Positions 63,839 through 64,000 of a stretch of 64,000 nucleotides of DNA are shown here, one piece after another. The stretch spans positions 35,281-99,280 of the forward strand of contig CAVYBE010000008.1 in NCBI GenBank assembly GCA_963766705.1. The letters run 5' to 3'. The notes below the pieces were generated by a model. The model was not told the origin of the DNA. It did no database searches and saw nothing but the letters and a program-made list of their open reading frames with translations. A program made the translations under genes and the position numbers. This DNA is from an uncultured Actinomycetes bacterium. Lineage in GTDB: Bacteria; Actinomycetota; Thermoleophilia; Solirubrobacterales; 70-9. Position 1 is the stretch's first letter, and every line of letters starts with the position of its first letter.

Positions 63839-64000
63839 ATGGACGTCGAGATCCGCGCCAGCCCCGCCTTCGCCGTAGGTCGCTGCAAGCTCGGGCCGGG
63901 CGAGCAGATCAAGGCCGGCGCCGGGGCGATGATGGCCCACTCGATCGGGGTCGAGCTGGAGGCAAAGGTGCAGGGCGGCCTGATGAAGGGGCTCAAACGG
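63839..64000 (+). CDS. AIM24/TIGR00266-like protein (5' fragment, runs off the right edge)
   Basis: My own translation: MDVEIRASPAFAVGRCKLGPGEQIKAGAGAMMAHSIGVELEAKVQGGLMKGLKR. It is open to the window end. Confidence 0.5.
   Translation, partial: MDVEIRASPAFAVGRCKLGPGEQIKAGAGAMMAHSIGVELEAKVQGGLMKGLKR

Noticed and set aside
1-64000. CRISPR arrays, IS elements, prophage or defence-system genes
   Set aside because: I saw no array of regularly spaced repeats. The only repeats found are the 25-nt duplication, the 21-bp coding tandem repeat and the two-copy palindromic element. No ORF has transposase, integrase, nuclease-helicase or Cas-like motifs.

Overview
This is a very GC-rich, gene-dense chromosomal segment with Actinomycetota-like proteins. 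I saw no rRNA, CRISPR array, transposase, integrase or phage genes. I call about 65 protein genes and one tRNA. Because of the GC content, many long ORFs in the track are antisense or out-of-frame shadows, so I chose frames by protein motifs and by start/stop coupling read from the sequence.

Main blocks:
(i) 1-12044, minus strand. A tRNA is followed 35 nt later by an operon of seven genes chained by six consecutive 4-nt start/stop overlaps. In order they are a divergent ArgRS-like class I synthetase, a fused PabA-PabB aminodeoxychorismate synthase, a GNAT acetyltransferase (carrying an in-frame palindromic-repeat insertion), an HDAC-type deacetylase, an AroQ/PapB-like mutase, a cytochrome P450, and a flavin-monooxygenase-like protein that reads through in frame into a lipoprotein PQQ-like beta-propeller. 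A methyltransferase and a C39-like peptidase follow. This is my best candidate for an undescribed system: a chorismate-derived arylamine pathway with an aaRS paralog.
(ii) 12257-30489. A housekeeping/accessory mix: USP, polar amino-acid ABC importer, PPOX/F420-type protein, MarR and LysR regulators with divergent membrane/MFS genes, CDF transporter, secreted metallophosphoesterase, and an S53 sedolisin-type peptidase.
(iii) 30410-44756, minus strand. A complete group 1h (Hhy-type) [NiFe]-hydrogenase locus with hypABCDEF, endopeptidase, NifU-like protein, tandem-SIS protein and three conserved unknowns, plus a HoxN-type nickel permease (45280-46407).
(iv) 46430-50961. A porGAB 2-oxoacid:ferredoxin oxidoreductase whose delta ferredoxin module is fused to a GltD-like NAD(P)H flavoprotein.
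(v) 51075-64000. Hydrolases, a GT4 glycosyltransferase, SDR, epoxide hydrolase, Tyr-phosphatase-like protein, secreted repeat protein, a lipoprotein PQQ alcohol-dehydrogenase-type protein fused to a Yx(FWY)xxD domain, ferritin-like protein, L,D-transpeptidase and a beta-lactamase-family protein.

All family assignments come from motif reading only; no database search was possible.
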